64,000 nucleotides of DNA. Origin: Cenococcum geophilum. Lineage: Eukaryota. The stretch covers positions 12,276,001 through 12,340,000 of the forward strand of contig CP158636.1 of the NCBI GenBank assembly GCA_050273025.1. Direction: 5' to 3'. Shown one piece after another: positions 1 to 11,229 of the stretch. How positions within the stretch are numbered: position 1 is the first letter of the stretch; every line of letters starts with the position of its first letter. The notes beneath the pieces were generated by a model. The model had not been told where the DNA came from and searched no databases. It worked only from the letters and a program-made list of their open reading frames with translations. Position numbers and translations under genes: made by a program.

Positions 1-3000
1 TAAGGTGTTAAAGAATATAACCTTACTTTCTTTAATCCTGTAAATACTTATAAAGGAGTATATACTTAATTAAGATATTCTATTAGCACCGCTCTACGCT
101 CTTAAGAAGTATAGCAATTTAACGCCTAACTCTAACCTACTTTAATTGACCCGCCTAACTAATACGATTATAACTAAACTAATTGAATATATAGTAGCCG
201 GGGTAGGTAATACGGTAGAGGGTATAATTAACGACTATAAGGTAAAGGTGGAGGTCCTTATAGAGGTTTATTTCGAAGTAATCGCTAAAAGAAGTGCTAT
301 GTTTATAAGAAACCGAATTGCTAGTTAACTAGGCATTTTCTTAATAAATAAAAGGAGGTATATAATAAGTTCCGCTAAAATATAAGAAACGTTAGAAATT
401 GCGAGGTTACTACGGCCTACTTTTAAAGCTTCCTGGTTTAATATAAAGGCGTAAAAGATCTTAAGGGTAAGGTTAATAAGGCTGAATAGCTCCTTATGGA
501 TATGGAAATTAAGGAGTACTTACTTAACTAATACTTTACTAAGTATAGTGAGGTAGATAGTATACAAACCGTTACTATTCTTAATAACTAATCTACGCTC
601 TATTTTACTACGAAGTTAGATATCTTTAATAAGCTAAGGGAGAGTTCCGCGTTCTCCTTTAATGACAAATACTCGGCGAATGTCTTCTATGGTATTATGC
701 CAGATATTAGAGCCGCAGGAGTATCTATAGTAGGAGAACCTTAAGTTCGAGCCCTTTAGCAGCTTAATAGCTCTATTTAGATTAATTATTTAACGGTAGG
801 CCAATACATAATTCGTTTTAGTAAGGGTACTGCAATCTCTATTAGTATAATTAGGGTCTAAACCCCCTTAGGGTATATTACCTTTTACGTTATTCCTATA
901 AATACCCCATTTCTATTTTATATTAGAGATATAAATAAATTAGGCGTTAAGTTTAATAACCTTAAGAATATACTTATTTAGGGAGATAATTAGGTGCCCG
1001 TTATACGCAAATGGGGTTACCCCTAGTTACTCCTTTATTAACTAGAAAAGAGTGTTACTTAGAGCTATTTAACTAAGTTAGAGTTACGTTAACTACACCG
1101 TCGTTTTAGCCACCTATCTGTTTACTAATTACTTAGGGTTCTTTAGCGGGTAGGCTATAAAGTTAAAGTTAAGGTAATTAAGCATCTTATAAAGTACTAC
1201 TATTAATGCTAAATAAACTAGAAGTCCCCTAGCCGATTTAAGTTCACCCTTAAAAATAACTATAACTTTAACTTCTATATTATTGTTAACGTTATATATC
1301 TTAGTAGCAAGCCAGTACTCTAAGTTGTTAACTTCTTAACCTCCTTCTAAGCCGCACGATTCTTAAAGGATATATTAGCTAGGAACGCATAAGATACCCT
1401 TTAATTATACTAGATTAATATCTACCTAGGACCCCCTAATTAAATCGTCCATAATATAGAAAAGAACTTCTTATCTATAGAGTTTTAATAATAGATAAAA
1501 GCAATGGCAATTAAGGTTAAGGAAGTCCCTGTTAAGGTATATAATAGTATTAGAAAAGTAAAACGATATTATACGCTATTACGCCGCGTATATAAGATTA
1601 TCTCTTTAGAACTAGAGGACGCTAGTAAAGAACTTACCTTATAAATAGCTGTTAAAGCTATTAACGATTCCGCTGGCCCAGATAGACTCGTACCTATATT
1701 ACTAGTCTTTAGCGCCTACCCTTAAATAACTAATAATTCTTTACTATCTTCCTCTATTATATAACGAGCTAAGGCTATTCGCAAGGCAATAAAGGAGGTA
1801 TAACGTCTCTACGCTACACGCTAGGTTAACGATGTATTAGGAATAAGAAATGGCCTAAATACCTTAACTACACTTAATCTGCCACTTTAGTCTAAGGTAC
1901 GCGTATAGCGTAAAAAGGGAGGATAGTTAGGCCTATATTAACTTATTATAATTAATAGTTAAACTTACACTATTTAGATGCCTTACAGACCCACTTAATT
2001 CCGTTTAACTATTATTAAGCCTTACTATAAAGATAATAGTTTTAAGCCTTTATAGGATACCATAGAAGATACCCTAAAGAAGAGCCACGATTAACGTACT
2101 TTAGAAGGCGACTACGATCCTAATATAATTATAGTAGATACGCCGCAACCATAACGCGGTAGAGGTTGCCTAAAGGGATCACAAAATTACTAATATTTTA
2201 TTAATTTCGAAGAGTAATTTATTGCCGCTATTAAGAATAGAGTTAAGCTATTAATAGCCTTTATAATAGCTAAGGAGAAGGCTAACTTTAAACTCGTAAA
2301 ATAGCTTTAAAAGGAAGGTCGCATTATAACTCTAGGAGCTCCTTTTTAAGTATCCAATAAGCAGGAGATCGATAGTCTTATTATAAGAGGGGTCTTTAAA
2401 TTCGAGAAGTATGACCCTACTAAGTTTGATAAAGTTCGCATCTTTAAGTTAAGAATGGTTAACGAGATTAAAGGTAAAGCTACTAACGCCCTATTTAAGA
2501 AATTAAGGCTTGTTATCTAAGGCTATAATAACAATAGTAAGGAGGTAATTCTTATATAATCTCCTATAATTTAACGAGCTAGTTAGCGAGTTATTATTAC
2601 ACTAGCTCCCTCCCTAATAAAGAATAAAATAGCAGTCTATCTATAAGATATTACTTAGGCCTACACCTAATTAGAGACGCACCTTTAGCGCTTAATATTA
2701 GCATACCTTCTAGAGTAAATTCGCCACCAATACTCCGAAGATATAATTATGGTTATACTTAAGCCATTATATAGAATTGCAGAGGCAGGAACTTACTAGT
2801 GGGCTACCTATAGCAAGCACTATAAAGAGAAGCTTTTAATAACTACTTCTATATTCGATTTATACTTCCTTATTATAACTACAGGAACTCTATTTAGAAT
2901 TGTCGGCATATAAACCAATAATACAATTATTTTAGGAGATAACCAATTCTTAGCTCTTAAAGAAGACGAGCTAGTAAAGGTAAATCTCATAGTAAAGCTA

Positions 3001-3870
3001 AAGGAAAAGCTTAATTTAATAATACTATTACTCTTTAATAGATATATCCTCTCCCTAAATAAGGATTCCATTGCTTTATACCAGAAGGGTTAAAGTAAGA
3101 AGATTAACGTTATTAACATTAATTCTCTAAAACAAGGATATATAGAGTAACGCGCTTATAGAGCTTATATCGCTTCTATCTATTAACCTAAGGCTTTATT
3201 TAATCTCTCTATTACCACTTAATACCAGGAACTAACTAAGGATAACGTCCTTGCCCTAAATAAGCGTCTCTTCTAGTAAATAAACTATCTCGACCGGGGA
3301 CTACTCTATATGCCTATTAATCTTCTTACCGCTAAGCTCTTTATATTTATTAATAGATTATTTATAAATAATAAAGATTTTAGCTCCTAGCTAGGATATA
3401 AGATTATTATCACAAACAAATCTATTAGAGAGAATGACTTTATAATTTACGGCAATCTTATCTATTAGAGCTTAACTAAGAGTAAGCGCGTCACTTAAAG
3501 CGTTCTAGCGTTAGAGATATATAGAATAGTTAGCGGAGTTAATATAGCAATTGCAATTAGAACTACCCTAAAGATAATTATAGATTAACTCAAACTTCCC
3601 GTTATCCCTATAATTATATATACCAACTCATACTCCCTCTATAAGTACTTAGTTAAGCTTAATACTATAAAGAAGAAGCGCCTTATAATCGATATTATAG
3701 CACTTTATTAATCCTATAAACGGTAAGAACTCTTTAAGATTTAATAGATTAACGGTTAAGATAACCTAGTAGATATAATAATAAAGGCAAACCTAAACAA
3801 GGCTCTAGAAACGTTTGTTAATATAAATACTTTACGTATATAAGTTAAAGGTTAGGTTAAAAGGGAGTAA
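1..3870 (+). pseudogene. Copia gag-pol polyprotein remnant (many RIP stops)
   Basis: De-RIPed frame gives KKCYVCKKPNC, MPDTGAAG, LHRRFGHPS, GMQTDDT, KEKRLMID and NPVDAMTK. Ends at GTT AAA AGG GAG TAA (3856-3870). Confidence 0.85.
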
Positions 3871-4162
3871 GAGTATAACGCTCTATAGACCCTGATTTTA
3901 ACTAGCTAATTAGGATTTTCTATACCCGGTATAGAAAATTGCTATTAGCTTGCTTATAGCTAGCGCCTTAGCGGCCCTAACGGCCCTAACATAATATCTA
4001 CCTATAACTCCTTAGTAAGAAAGCACTACGTACTAAGAGGCAAATTTTAGAATAGCGAGACTTATATTATAATGGCAATAGTAAGTAAGGAGGATCTATA
4101 TTTATTATAATAGTTAAGCAGTATTTATATATAGAGGGCAACTATAAAAGAAGAGTTGCTAG

Positions 4163-4369
4163 TGTCGGGAATAAGGCAATTTGCCGTCACGTACGGCAAA
4201 CTGCCGTCACGTAATGGCAAGTTGCCATCACGTGTTGCCGCGGCACTAGCGTGGCGAGGAGCCTTAGGCTCCTCGCCCTTCCTCATTCTAATCAAAAAGC
4301 TTTATTAACTAACATCACTGTAACCTACTCAAGTAGTCGTTATTGGTGAGTTACCCTATGTGACCAATA
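4163..4369 (+). repeat. 3' LTR of Copia-1a
   Basis: Starts TGTCGGGAATAA after the PPT and ends ACCAATA (RIPed ACCAACA). First ~120 bp match the LTRs at 19989 and 33842; the 3' half differs. Confidence 0.85.
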
Positions 4370-4930
4370 AATGCAGAGTTAGGTAGTTAGTTCTTTTTAG
4401 AATATAAAGATAAACTAGCTGCCTTTATTAGAGATAATTGTTTTAGGAAGTCCGTAGAGTTTTTATATATAATCTAGGAATAGTTAGGCGATAGTAGGCG
4501 TTAAAATATTAGGGTAGGCAATTAAATGTCTTATTTTAGATAGTCGGTTTATAACTACTATAATATTTATACAGCCTTTACTTATAGGGAGGTTAATAAT
4601 AAAGTTAATTAAGATATCCTTTTATCTTTAATTTAGAATAGGTAGTAGCTTTAGGAGGCCGTTATACATCTTATATAAGGCTTTAGCTCGTCGGCAAATA
4701 TAGCAGCTAGAGACGTACCTTCGTGTTATATTATATATATTTGGCTAGTAATACTCCTATTAAAGTAGCTCTGGGTTTTTCCTTAGCCTAGGTAGCCGGC
4801 TACTAGAAGGTATAGTGGTTAATTATATTACTATATAATTGTATAGACGTGTCTATAAATAATATTTGCGTATAAACTAACCTCGTTAGACGCTAGCGTT
4901 GCAAGGGATATATATAAACTGCGTAATAGA
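4370..4930 (-). pseudogene. Ty3/Gypsy integrase fragment of a third family, interrupted by Copia-1a
   Basis: Minus-strand de-RIPed reading resembles GHPG..KT...YYWP....YVSSCHICRRAK...GLLKLLP...WKDISIDFI..LP...VVTDRLSKMRHLI...IISDRGSQF (HHCC finger plus rve core). Confidence 0.8.
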
Positions 4931-4981
4931 GTTAAGACGTTATATAAGAAAAAAAAGTAAAAAAATAGGAAAAAAGGGTAT

Positions 4982-5184
4982 TATTAGGGCGCCAAGGCCC
5001 TGAGGGTATATAGTAACGTAATAACAGCAGCGGGATGCAAGAAGTATCTAGTTCTTAATAAAGTAGAACTATAAAACTAAATTCTACTATTCTCTAATGC
5101 GGGGCAACTATATTTTATAGGCACCTCGCCTACACCTTGCCTGCGCTAAGCCGGTTACGGCTAATATATCTCTATAGCCTAATA
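4982..5184 (-). repeat. G2 3' LTR (203 bp)
   Basis: TATTAGGGC...GCCTAATA (RIPed TG...CA ends). Direct repeat of 42900-43095. Confidence 0.88.
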
Positions 5185-5293
5185 ATTGCCTCCCCCTTCT
5201 TAAGCGGCTGTCTTTAGCCGACGCTATTATATAATAGGAGCGTTATTATTATCCTTTACTAAATAAAAAGTGTGTAACTAAATTTAAGTAAAT

Positions 5294-5409
5294 TAGATAA
5301 TAGGATAATAGAATAACAGGATAATAGGATAATAGGATAATAGGATAATAGGATAATAGAATAATAGGATAATAGGATAATAGAATAATAGGATAATAAG
5401 ATAATAGAA
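5294..5409. repeat. Tandem array of 8-bp unit TAGGATAA (~14 copies)
   Basis: Directly visible, with RIP-type variants TAGAATAA and TAAGATAA, and one CAGGATAA. Confidence 0.95.
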
Positions 5410-6100
5410 CGCTAGGGCTCTATAAAGACCTATAAAGGTAGAAGTCCCCCCTAAGGTAGGATACTAAATTTCCCTTCCTATTTAATTTTAATTTGTCTAG
5501 CCTACGACTTACCTTCTTTATAATTTCTTCTTAATTATAAATCGTAAGCGTTACGCCGCTGGTTCGCCTATGTAACGAAGCCTTATAGTAGGAACTATAG
5601 TAGACTTGTTAATGGGCTAGGTATATAGGTAAAGAATAATAGTCAATAACTTAAATATAACTAGTAGAGCGGTTGCCTAATAGATTAACTCTAATTGTAT
5701 TCTAAGATTTACTATAAGGAAAGGAACCATCTAGGTAGGGACTATGGTCCTTTAAATACACATCCATACTTCTAAGAAAGTTATTACTCTATCTGCTCTA
5801 TCCGCTTTATTTGCTTTATAATAGATCTTATAGATTATATAGATCCTATAGATTATATTATATAACTCTGCTTACTATTCCTTATTATATAGTTCTATAG
5901 GCTCTATTCTAGACCGTACTTTTATTAACTAACTAGCTTCTTTTAACTCCTCTTTAAGTAGTTATAATATTATACTTAAAGCGTCTATAATACTATCTCC
6001 CTCCTTTTTATCTTTGTCCTTATAGATACCTAGTATCTCTAGGTTATTTACTAGAGGTATAATATCCGTCTAATTAGTTTAGTTAATATCCTTACTTATT

Positions 6101-6810
6101 ATACCTAAAGCTCCTTCTTCTTCTTCTATAGCTCGTTAGTCTCGTACCGTTGCTATAATATTATCCCTTAGTGAAATAATGCTATCTCTATATTCCCGTT
6201 ATACGAAAGAGGGGTTAGTTTATGTTATATTAGCGAGTCCTTCCTCCTAATAATCGTTTTCTTATTTAAAGTGCACTAAGGCGAACGTCTGATTGTCTTG
6301 CGATATATACTTTATCTCTAACGCTAAGTGTGCGTGTTTTATTACTCTTAATAATCTTTAAATCCCCTTATTAATTTCTTTAATTAGGGTTTTAGGTTTA
6401 ATCTACTGCTATAAAGCTTAATAATAAGCTCCTATTTACTCTAGCAAAACTTTATTATTCTTATAATGCTAAGAAAGAGGCTACTAATACTTAGTAATAG
6501 GCCCTTAACTCTCGTCTAGCTATGTCTACTCGGTTAATCCGTCTTAAAAAGGTCCGTAAAAAGGTTTATTTTAAGGAGTAGAAACTTATAGAATAAGGTT
6601 TATAGGAACTTAGTAATAAAAGAACGGATTCTTCTTTAATAGAAAGGAAAACAACTCTAAATACCTCGGTAGGTGTTCCTCTTAGGTCCCCCTTAGGTGA
6701 CTTATTCTTTAGTAATCCTTTTTTATTAATATTGCCTAACCTAATTTCTTCTAATACTTTTATACCTTTCCTATAGCGTTTTTTAGATTCTCTAGTAGTT
6801 CCTAGGTAGT
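6101..6810 (+). pseudogene. G1 antisense accessory gene (copy in G1-a): Zn2Cys6-like exon 1, intron 6330-6387, coiled-coil-like exon 2
   Basis: ATA (RIPed ATG) at 6101. De-RIPed PCSRCAKEGLVCVALASPSSRQSSSCSECTKANVRSSCDV. GTGCGT donor and TAG acceptor join T+GG into Trp. Exon 2 reads RLIRLEKVRKKVRSKEQKLVEQGLQELGD. True stop position uncertain. Confidence 0.7.
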
Positions 6811-8277
6811 CTTATTATAGCCTATCTACTTTACTTTATACTATGTTTTACTATCGATGTCCTTATAACTAATAATCTTTAAAACTTACTACTTGTCTTC
6901 TTCCTATCCTTTATACGTATCTGCCTTATAGACTAGTAGCTTAATATTCCCGTATACTAGCTCTAGTATTATAATATACTGTATAAGGTAGATCTTTATT
7001 TTAGCTGATAAGTTTAACTTAAATATAACTGATGAAATTCTTTATATAATTTTAAAAGGTCCTAGTTTAACGTGGTCTAATTTCTTACTTAGTCGTTAAC
7101 TCTTAAAATTTTTATATAGTAGCTATACTTTATCTCCCTTCTTAAGATCTGGTCCCTTAGATCTCTTAGCGTTATAGTACCTTTTTATTCTTTACTATAC
7201 TACCTTTACTATTTCTATAAGGTTTATATAAAGATTAATTAATATCTCTATTCTTTACTTAGCTGTACTACTTATCTTCTTTACTTAATGTGGCAATAAC
7301 AATATCCTTAGTTTATATCCGTAATTTGCCTTAAATAGTAATATTCCTATCCCTTCTTAAGGTGTTGCATTATATATAAACTATATAACTAGTAATAATA
7401 ATACCTAATTATTCTATGCGTAATTAATATAGTGTTTTAGATACTATTCTAGTGTCTAATTTAATCTTTCTATTTAACCGTCTGTCTGTGGATAATATAC
7501 GGTAGAAGTTGCTACTTAAACCCCCTATTCTGCTAAAAATACCTCCTAAAATGCTGCTATAAATCTTAAATTTCTATCCGATATAATTTTATTTAGTGCT
7601 CCGTGTCTTATAAACACTTTTTTAATATAGATTTTAGCGATATCTTCCGCTAAGATTTCCTCTGTGCATGCTATAAAGTATCCCTACTTTATTAGCTTAT
7701 CTACTATTATTAAGATTACGTTATAATCTTGCCTAGTAATAGGGTCCCTTAACCTTAGTAACTTTATAATAAAGTCCTATAATATAACCTCCTATAGTCT
7801 CTCTAGTATTTTTGTTACGGACGCTTTAAGTATAATATTATAACTACTTGGAGAGGAGTTAGAAGAAGCTAGTTAGTTAATATAAGCACGGTCTAGGATA
7901 GAGCCCGTGGAACCATATAATAAGGAATAGTAAGTAAAGTTACGTGATATAATCTACGTAATCTATATAATCTATAAGATCTATTATAGAGCAAGTAGAG
8001 CGAACAGAGCAGATAAAGCAATAACTTTCCTAGGAGTATGGATGTGTATTTAAAGGACTATAATACCTACTTAGATAGTTCTCTCTTTATAGTAAATCTT
8101 AGAATATAATTAGAGTTAATCTATTAGGCAACCACTCTACTAGTTATATTAAAGTTATTAACTATTATTCTTTACCTATATACCTAGCCTATTAATAAGT
8201 CCACCGTAGTTCCTACTATAAGGCTTCGTTATACATTCACTACCTAGTTATAGTATTAATAAAGAGAGTTAAACAAT

Positions 8278-11229
8278 ATGCCACTAAAAGCAGTAGTTAT
8301 AATGCCATTAATAGTAGCAACTACCTTAAGAATAAGTGGAGATATAAGTATAGAAGATACTAATTCGTAACTAGTTACGGTTGGACAGTTATAGGAAATA
8401 GTTAATTAATTAAACAATAATAATAAGATACTTAAAGAAAGACTTAATACGGTTAGAGTAGTAAAGATTAAGTTACCATTAATTAAGAGATTCTTAGGTA
8501 AGAAGTTAAAGCTTAAAGGATTTCTAATATAGATACATTTTAAGGTTACGTAAGAAGTAGTAAAGCTACTAATATTTATAGACTAAATAGCGTACACGGG
8601 ACTATTCCTAATAGGACGAGTACTAGAGTGGTTTAAGCTATATTTTATGGAGATATAAGCTAACAGCATAAACACTACTAATTAGGAAGTGCGGTTTATA
8701 TTTTTAGGTTAAAAAGGGTTTAAAAAACGGCTAATATAGATATTTAGAGACCTAGAAGCAATAACTATAGCGGAAAGGAAGTTATAGAACTTACTATAAA
8801 GGACTTTAGTAATTAAGTATACGATATAGTTTTAAATACTTATAATATAGGTTAAATAGAATAATAAGGCGCTTATGGCACAGTATAAGTAAGGGCTTAA
8901 GGTAAAAGTATAAGACGTAATTATCCTAATAGAAGATGCGGATACCTTGTAAGAATTAATAAATTAGGTAATAAAGATTAATAATAGGATCTACTAATGG
9001 GAGCTAGCTAAGAAAGGGTAAGATAGAGTTCTATAGTTATATAAGGCGTAAAGTATATAACGACTAATATAGAGTTAAAAATTATGAAATAGGCTAGAGC
9101 TAATAGACCTAAGCGGTACTAAAGAATCTAAAAAATAGAAATAACTATAGAAACCTAGAGGTTAAGGATTAAGTAATTATAGGACTATAAAGCAAAGGCT
9201 AAACCAGGAATCCTAGTAGCGGAAGACGTTTAAGCGAACTCTATAGCAAAATAAATGGTTTAAAAACGGAGCTTGCATAAATTATAGGAAATAGGGTCAT
9301 TTTACTAGAGACTATAAAGATGGTTAGAAATACTATATAGTAAAGGGAACTAGACCATTAGAAGATATATATAATAGTATACTATAAGGAATAAAAGAGT
9401 GTTTAATTAGAAGTTTCGCGTTTTATTATAATAACGTATACCCAATTTATAAAGACGTTAAGTACGGCGTAAGCTATTGGCTATAAAAGCCAGAGTTAAG
9501 AGAACTTAAGGGAACTATAGAGTTAGATAAAGAATAAGATCGACTCTATAAGCTAAATTAAGATATTATAGCTACAAGCGGACAAAGATTAGTAAAAATA
9601 ATAATAAAGTCAGAGTACTTATTAATTAATAGTAATGAGGAAGAAAAAGGAACTAACTAGGGGTATCCAGACCTTAATAACGCAATAGAAGTAGAGATTA
9701 AAACCACTATAGAACGCGGTTTAGTAATAGGCATTATAACACCGTTTGATACGGCATCCATTACTTTATAAGACGGAAGGAGTAACGCTATTAAAGGATT
9801 AAGTAAGTAGACGACTACTAGTGCTAGCTTATTACTTAATAAAGGTAAAAGGCCATAGGCTTAAGATTCTTAAGACAAGATAAGAAACAACTAAGATTCT
9901 TAAGATAAGATAAGGCACGCTTAAGGACCTATAACGGACGAAAACCAATAGAGTAGAGCAGCGGCTTAGTTTAAGAATATATAAATAAGCATAGGACGGA
10001 AATTCCTAGAGAACTAAGATTTTAAAGAACGAATAAGGACACCTATAAGTAAGAAGCGAGAGATTTCTACACAGATTAGAGGATCCGCGGCATAAATAGT
10101 AACTAGGTTAGGAAATCCATATATAGACCTAAAAGATTTACTAAGAGAACGCAGTGTTTAGCCTAAAGATTAAAGAGTTAATACCATAATTAAGAAGTAA
10201 GAAGACTTTAAGAATTTAGCTATAAGATGCAAGCACTAAGAAACTATAGAGGAATTTAGAGTAAGAATTATAGTATAGTAGGAGCAGAAACTAGATATAA
10301 GATCTAGTACGCTAGGATATATAAGGAACAGAGCACCTATATAGAAAGTCATAAATAGGTTAAGGGTAGAAATGCTAAGAGCTAAATAGTTAGACGAACT
10401 AAAGTAAGAGAAAGATATAGGAATTCTAACTAGATTTATAAAACAACACACTAAAGGTTATAATAATATAGTAATAAAGAGATATTTCCTTATAGATAAA
10501 TTATATACGCTTATAGAGCTATACCGCAAATGGTATAGACAGCGAAGAAACGATAAGTAGGAAGACTTCTGTATATAGCTAGACAAAAGAGCTATACTAA
10601 ATTAAGCAATATTAGAACAACAGATAGGTTATATTAAAGGGGCTTTAATTATAACAGTAAGAAATCTAGAAGAATAGGCTATAGACTAAAGAGAGACAAT
10701 GCAGATATTAGTACTAGTAAATAATATAGCAACACCTAAATCAATATAAGAAAAGTTTAAACTTAAGGATAAAGATAAATTATAAGTTAACCTAAGATAC
10801 TAAGCGCATTATATATTATTATAGATTATATATATAGATAACATATATAATATATATAGAGCACTAAAAGATAGAATTAGTAGATACCCTATAAGAATAT
10901 ATTAGGCACCAGATAAAAGAAAGTATAGAGATATTAAGTATATATATAGCTAGCATCTAGTAAAAGTTTAGAAGTTAGGCGACTTAATACTTTAACCAAA
11001 AAGATTCCTTATGGAAGAATACCTAAATAAATAATAGTAGTAGGAATGCCCGGAGAATACGTATCTATAATATATAGAAGAAAAGAAGCGAACTAAGTAT
11101 TAGCTAAAAGGGGACTAAGTATAAATAGGATCTAGCAGCTAATAGTTAGGAAAAGTAGAGGCCCATAAAACTAGAGGGAGCTAGTAGTAGAGCCTTAGAC
11201 CCTTAAAGGAATTTAAGAACAATACCTAA
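8278..11229 (+). pseudogene. G1-b gag (~980 codons; capsid region, CCHC knuckle, long C-terminal extension)
   Basis: ATG at 8278. De-RIPed RFSGEKSKLKGFLTQM...GLFLTGRALEWFEPY. Knuckle ACINCGKQGHFARDC at ~9271-9315. Confidence 0.85.

Larger units (their letters stand above)
1..4369 (+). mobile_element. Ty1/Copia LTR retrotransposon (GalEa-like), copy Copia-1a, 5' part outside window, RIP-inactivated
   Basis: Domain order gag knuckle (~290) - protease DTGAA-like (~700) - integrase (LHRRFGH at ~1093) - RT - RNase H is Copia-type. Colinear with the copy at 21640-33840. Purine tract at ~4146-4157 precedes the 3' LTR. Confidence 0.93.

Noticed and set aside
4947..4976. A-rich run as a LINE/SINE poly(A) tail
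   Set aside because: No associated element body or TSD is recognisable.
5993..6710. env-like third ORF on the sense strand of G1
   Set aside because: No conserved sense-strand frame with signal or transmembrane features was seen; the conserved coding signal is antisense.
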